Shown piece by piece: positions 61,182-64,000 of a stretch of DNA of 64,000 bases. Each line of letters starts with the position of its first letter. The first letter of the stretch is position 1. Location of the stretch: contig JAGVIE010000017.1 of the NCBI GenBank assembly GCA_020056225.1, positions 251-64,250 on the forward strand, written 5' to 3'. Under the pieces are notes generated by a model. The model was not told where the DNA came from. It saw only the letters and a list, made by a program, of their open reading frames with translations, and ran no database searches. The position numbers and the translations under genes were made by a program. The stretch is from Bacteroidota bacterium. Its GTDB lineage: Bacteria > Bacteroidota > Ignavibacteria > UBA10030 > SZUA-254.

Positions 61182-62564
61182 CTATAAATTGAAATACAAC
61201 TTGAATTCAAAGGGATGGGGCATTGTTCCTATCGATTTGATTTCCTGCTGTTTGATTGTGACCCATTGATCTAACAATTCATCTGTAAAGAGATTGCCGC
61301 GTTTTAGGAATTGCCGGTCCAAAGATAAACTGTCCAATGCCTCAGCTAAGTTTCTTGGCAGAAAATGCATGTGGTCTTTGAGCGAATCGTCGTTGATGTT
61401 TTTATCAGAGGGACCGAAACCTTCTTTCACCGGGTCGATTTTATTCACTATACCATCGATTCCTGCCAACAACATAGCAGTTAAACAAAGATATGGATTT
61501 GCTGTAGCGTCCGGTGGCCTATACTCGAAACGAGTTTCCGCAGGATTGTTGACGTATTTGGGAATTCGAATAGCTGAAGCTCTGTTACCACGACCATAAG
61601 TCAACACAACAGGCGCCTCGAAACCTGGGACAAGTCGTTTGTATGAATTGGTGCTCGGATTTGTGAATGCGGAGAGCGCGGGTCCATGTTTCAATAAGCC
61701 GCCGATAAAATATCGTCCTGTCTCGTTAATGTTTCCATACTCCCCTTTTTTATAAAACGCATTCTTTCCATTCTTAGTTAGGAATAAATGAAGATGCAGT
61801 CCATTTCCCGGTTGTTGATACATCGGCTTAGGCATAAACGTAACGAATAGATCACGCTGTCGCGCAAAATTAAAGAGAGCATATTTCGTAGTTATCACGT
61901 TATCTGCGGTTGTCAGAAGATCATAAAAATATGTTTCTATTTCCTGCTGACCTCTCTCACCAGTTTCGTGATGGTGGTATTTAACATCTATGCCGAACCG
62001 TTTCAGCAATTTCGACGCCTCATCCCGGAAATCATCATATACATCGAAAGGATTTGCCGCGTGGTAAGCATTTCTGAAAAACTCTTCAGCATGTTCAATC
62101 TCATAAAATGATAATGCCGTTCTGGTATCGAACCGTACTTTCGAGAATATATAGAATTCAAACTCCGGTCCCCACATAGATTTATCTATTCCAGTGACTT
62201 TCTTCAAAATTGTTTCCGCTTGTCTTGCAAGATGACGACTATCCTGAGAAAATGGCGTCCGCTTTTCATCCGTAAGAAATATATTGGCATAGAAACTTAA
62301 GGTCGGGACAGAACGAAATGGATCTATTACTGCAGTGTTAAGATCGGGTATCAAGATCATATCGCTGTTTTCAACTTTACGGAAACCGAAACTCGAGCCA
62401 TCGAACCCAACACCTTCAGCTAAAAGTTTAGATAGAATATTCTGAGATACGGGCAGTGTAATATGATGCAGATAGCCTGTAAGATCGATGCATTTCAGAT
62501 CTATCATTTCAATGTTATGTTTAGCGATATAATCGTTGCAAGATTTCAAATTGCTGATTTTCAT
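61182..62564 (-). CDS. glnA: Glutamine synthetase type I
   Basis: FDGSS, GPEFEF, HHHE, TFMPKP, NGLH.H, NSYKRLVPGFEAP, NRASAIRIP, RFEYRPPD..ANPYL; start placed at ATG 62564. Confidence 0.95.
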   Translation of the reverse strand: MKISNLKSCNDYIAKHNIEMIDLKCIDLTGYLHHITLPVSQNILSKLLAEGVGFDGSSFGFRKVENSDMILIPDLNTAVIDPFRSVPTLSFYANIFLTDEKRTPFSQDSRHLARQAETILKKVTGIDKSMWGPEFEFYIFSKVRFDTRTALSFYEIEHAEEFFRNAYHAANPFDVYDDFRDEASKLLKRFGIDVKYHHHETGERGQQEIETYFYDLLTTADNVITTKYALFNFARQRDLFVTFMPKPMYQQPGNGLHLHLFLTKNGKNAFYKKGEYGNINETGRYFIGGLLKHGPALSAFTNPSTNSYKRLVPGFEAPVVLTYGRGNRASAIRIPKYVNNPAETRFEYRPPDATANPYLCLTAMLLAGIDGIVNKIDPVKEGFGPSDKNINDDSLKDHMHFLPRNLAEALDSLSLDRQFLKRGNLFTDELLDQWVTIKQQEIKSIGTMPHPFEFKLYFNL

Positions 62565-62647
62565 TTGATGTCGTTTTAATTTGAATACTATATTGATATA
62601 AATAGATGTTGTCAGTTGTTTTTCCACTAACACTTTCCTGCAGACTA

Positions 62648-62685
62648 GGGCGAAATTGAACCACCGACACACGGCTTTTTCAATC
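62648..62685 (-). pseudogene. Degenerate 3' fragment of a tRNA-Phe(GAA)-like sequence
   Basis: Minus strand GATTGAAAAAGCCGTGTGTCGGTGGTTCAATTTCGCCC resembles anticodon loop + variable region + T-arm; no D-arm or acceptor pairing. Confidence 0.45.
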
Positions 62686-62986
62686 TTGCGTGGCACTATT
62701 CTTCCTTGATAATCAAGAAGAATTCAGGCATTTATCTCGCCAAAATTCTAAATAGTGTTAGACAACTGTTAGCAGATCGGTTGTAAAAAAATATAAAGAT
62801 ATTTTTCCGTTATATCAAATATTCTTACATGCTTGTTACCTGAATTAATAAAGCAATAATCACATTCCGTTGAGTATAATAGTTAGTGATTGTTGTATTT
62901 GAGGTATATATGTAGAGACTTAGCTACTCTAGATTACTGTGGCATCATTCGTACAGCAGGTAAGGCATTCTATCACTATTCATAAA

Positions 62987-64000
62987 TTATTTGAATCCCA
63001 TTCTTTTTATCAGATTTTCAATCTCTTTATTTCCATTTAAGAGATTAGTTTTAAAAGTTCCGAATTCGCGCCTCACCGGATATTCTCCTCTTTGCTTTTC
63101 GAATGTGCCGGGCGATGCACGCAACGCACGATCATCTTCAAGAATAGCGTATGTGTTTTGTATAAGTTTACCAATTATTTCCTGATGATTCAGGTTTGTG
63201 CAATCTATATTGATTGTTCTAACAGGCGGTAACGAGATGCTATTCGGATACCAATCTTTAAGATCAAAACCAAAATGCCTGCAAAATGAATTGACACTCA
63301 TTGCAGTACCGTTTGCTTTTCCGTCGGCTGAATAACCTGCAATATGTGGTGTTCCAATATCTACCAAATCTAATAGATCGAGATCAATATCAGGTTCATT
63401 CTCCCACACATCTAAGATACAACCCCTCACTTTCTTTTTCCTCAGGGCTTCTTTAATCGATTCTGTTTTAACAACCTCCCCTCTTGATGTATTGATTAGA
63501 ATTTGATTCTCATCCAATCCTGACAAAAGATCATTATCAACGAGATGATATGTTTTATCCCGGCCTTCATAATTTAGAGGCACATGAAGCGTAATAATAT
63601 CCGCTTTAGATATTATGGTATCCAACGGTACGAAAGATTTCGAGCCTTCAGCACGCTCGCGCGGCGGATCATTTAATAATACTTTCATTCCTAGTGTATC
63701 ACACAGAGCGGCTGCTTTTTTGCCCGTATTTCCAGCACCGACAACACCAATTGTTAGATTAGTTAATGAAAGGTCAAATTTTTCCGTTATAAATAATAAT
63801 GCCGCCGCCAGATATTGCTGAACTGAAGAAGAATTACACCCCTCAGCATTCGTCCAGGTTATGTTCCTCGAGCCGCAGTACTCCGTATCTATATGATCGA
63901 AACCTATTGTGGCGGTCGCGATAAACTTTACCTTGGTTCCATCCAATAAATTCGCGTTACAGTTTGTGCGTGTTCGGATGATTAGCGCGTCGGCATCTAA
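62987..64000 (-). CDS. pdxB: 4-phosphoerythronate dehydrogenase (5' end beyond the window)
   Basis: ADALIIRTRT (open frame to the window end), FIATATIGFDHID, GCNS, LHVPL, INTSRG, LDVWENEP, TPHIAGYSADGK. Confidence 0.92.
   Translation of the reverse strand, partial: LDADALIIRTRTNCNANLLDGTKVKFIATATIGFDHIDTEYCGSRNITWTNAEGCNSSSVQQYLAAALLFITEKFDLSLTNLTIGVVGAGNTGKKAAALCDTLGMKVLLNDPPRERAEGSKSFVPLDTIISKADIITLHVPLNYEGRDKTYHLVDNDLLSGLDENQILINTSRGEVVKTESIKEALRKKKVRGCILDVWENEPDIDLDLLDLVDIGTPHIAGYSADGKANGTAMSVNSFCRHFGFDLKDWYPNSISLPPVRTINIDCTNLNHQEIIGKLIQNTYAILEDDRALRASPGTFEKQRGEYPVRREFGTFKTNLLNGNKEIENLIKRMGFK

Noticed and set aside
62565..62696. N-terminal extension of glnA to 504 aa
   Set aside because: GS homology starts near MKISNL (62564); the extension runs through the tRNA-like fragment.
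62691..62705. TGGCAC-N5-TTCC sigma-54-like site on the plus strand
   Set aside because: Lacks the -12 GC and points away from glnA.
1..64000. CRISPR array, rRNA, transposase or defence system
   Set aside because: No repeat-spacer pattern or corresponding ORFs found. The only tandem DNA repeats seen are short 7-8-mers without spacers.

Overview
Bacterial chromosomal window, most likely from an Ignavibacteria-like (FCB superphylum) organism. This is inferred from the many T9SS C-terminal-domain (CTD) proteins, PorV/PorQ-family barrels and non-SusC TonB-dependent receptors. From start to end it holds: (1) housekeeping genes (nadA, deoxynucleoside kinase, folK, folB, gltX-glnS, tRNA-Ser); (2) an outer-membrane uptake locus at 9.6-20.9 kb built from a TonB-dependent receptor, a PorV-like barrel, a variant-CTD surface protein, an OB-fold T9SS cargo and two lipoproteins; (3) a candidate sRNA, tRNA-Ser, nfeD-stomatin and a full-length family-B DNA polymerase whose exonuclease and polymerase catalytic residues are substituted; (4) a B12-binding domain gene, maf, a small secreted protein ending in TWGSIKAMFR, tRNA-Leu, tRNA-Lys and a SRAP gene; (5) a ~32 kb starch/alpha-glucan utilisation locus at 28.9-61.1 kb with four GH13s, a GH31, a glucan phosphorylase, MalEFGK and two non-catalytic T9SS proteins carrying CBM-like repeats, plus a second TBDR + variant-CTD protein + PorV triad and no SusD; (6) glnA and a truncated pdxB. 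The most interesting signal is the recurring SusD-less TBDR / variant-CTD protein / dedicated PorV module. No CRISPR array, rRNA or transposase was seen. All calls come from motif reading by eye; no database search was run.
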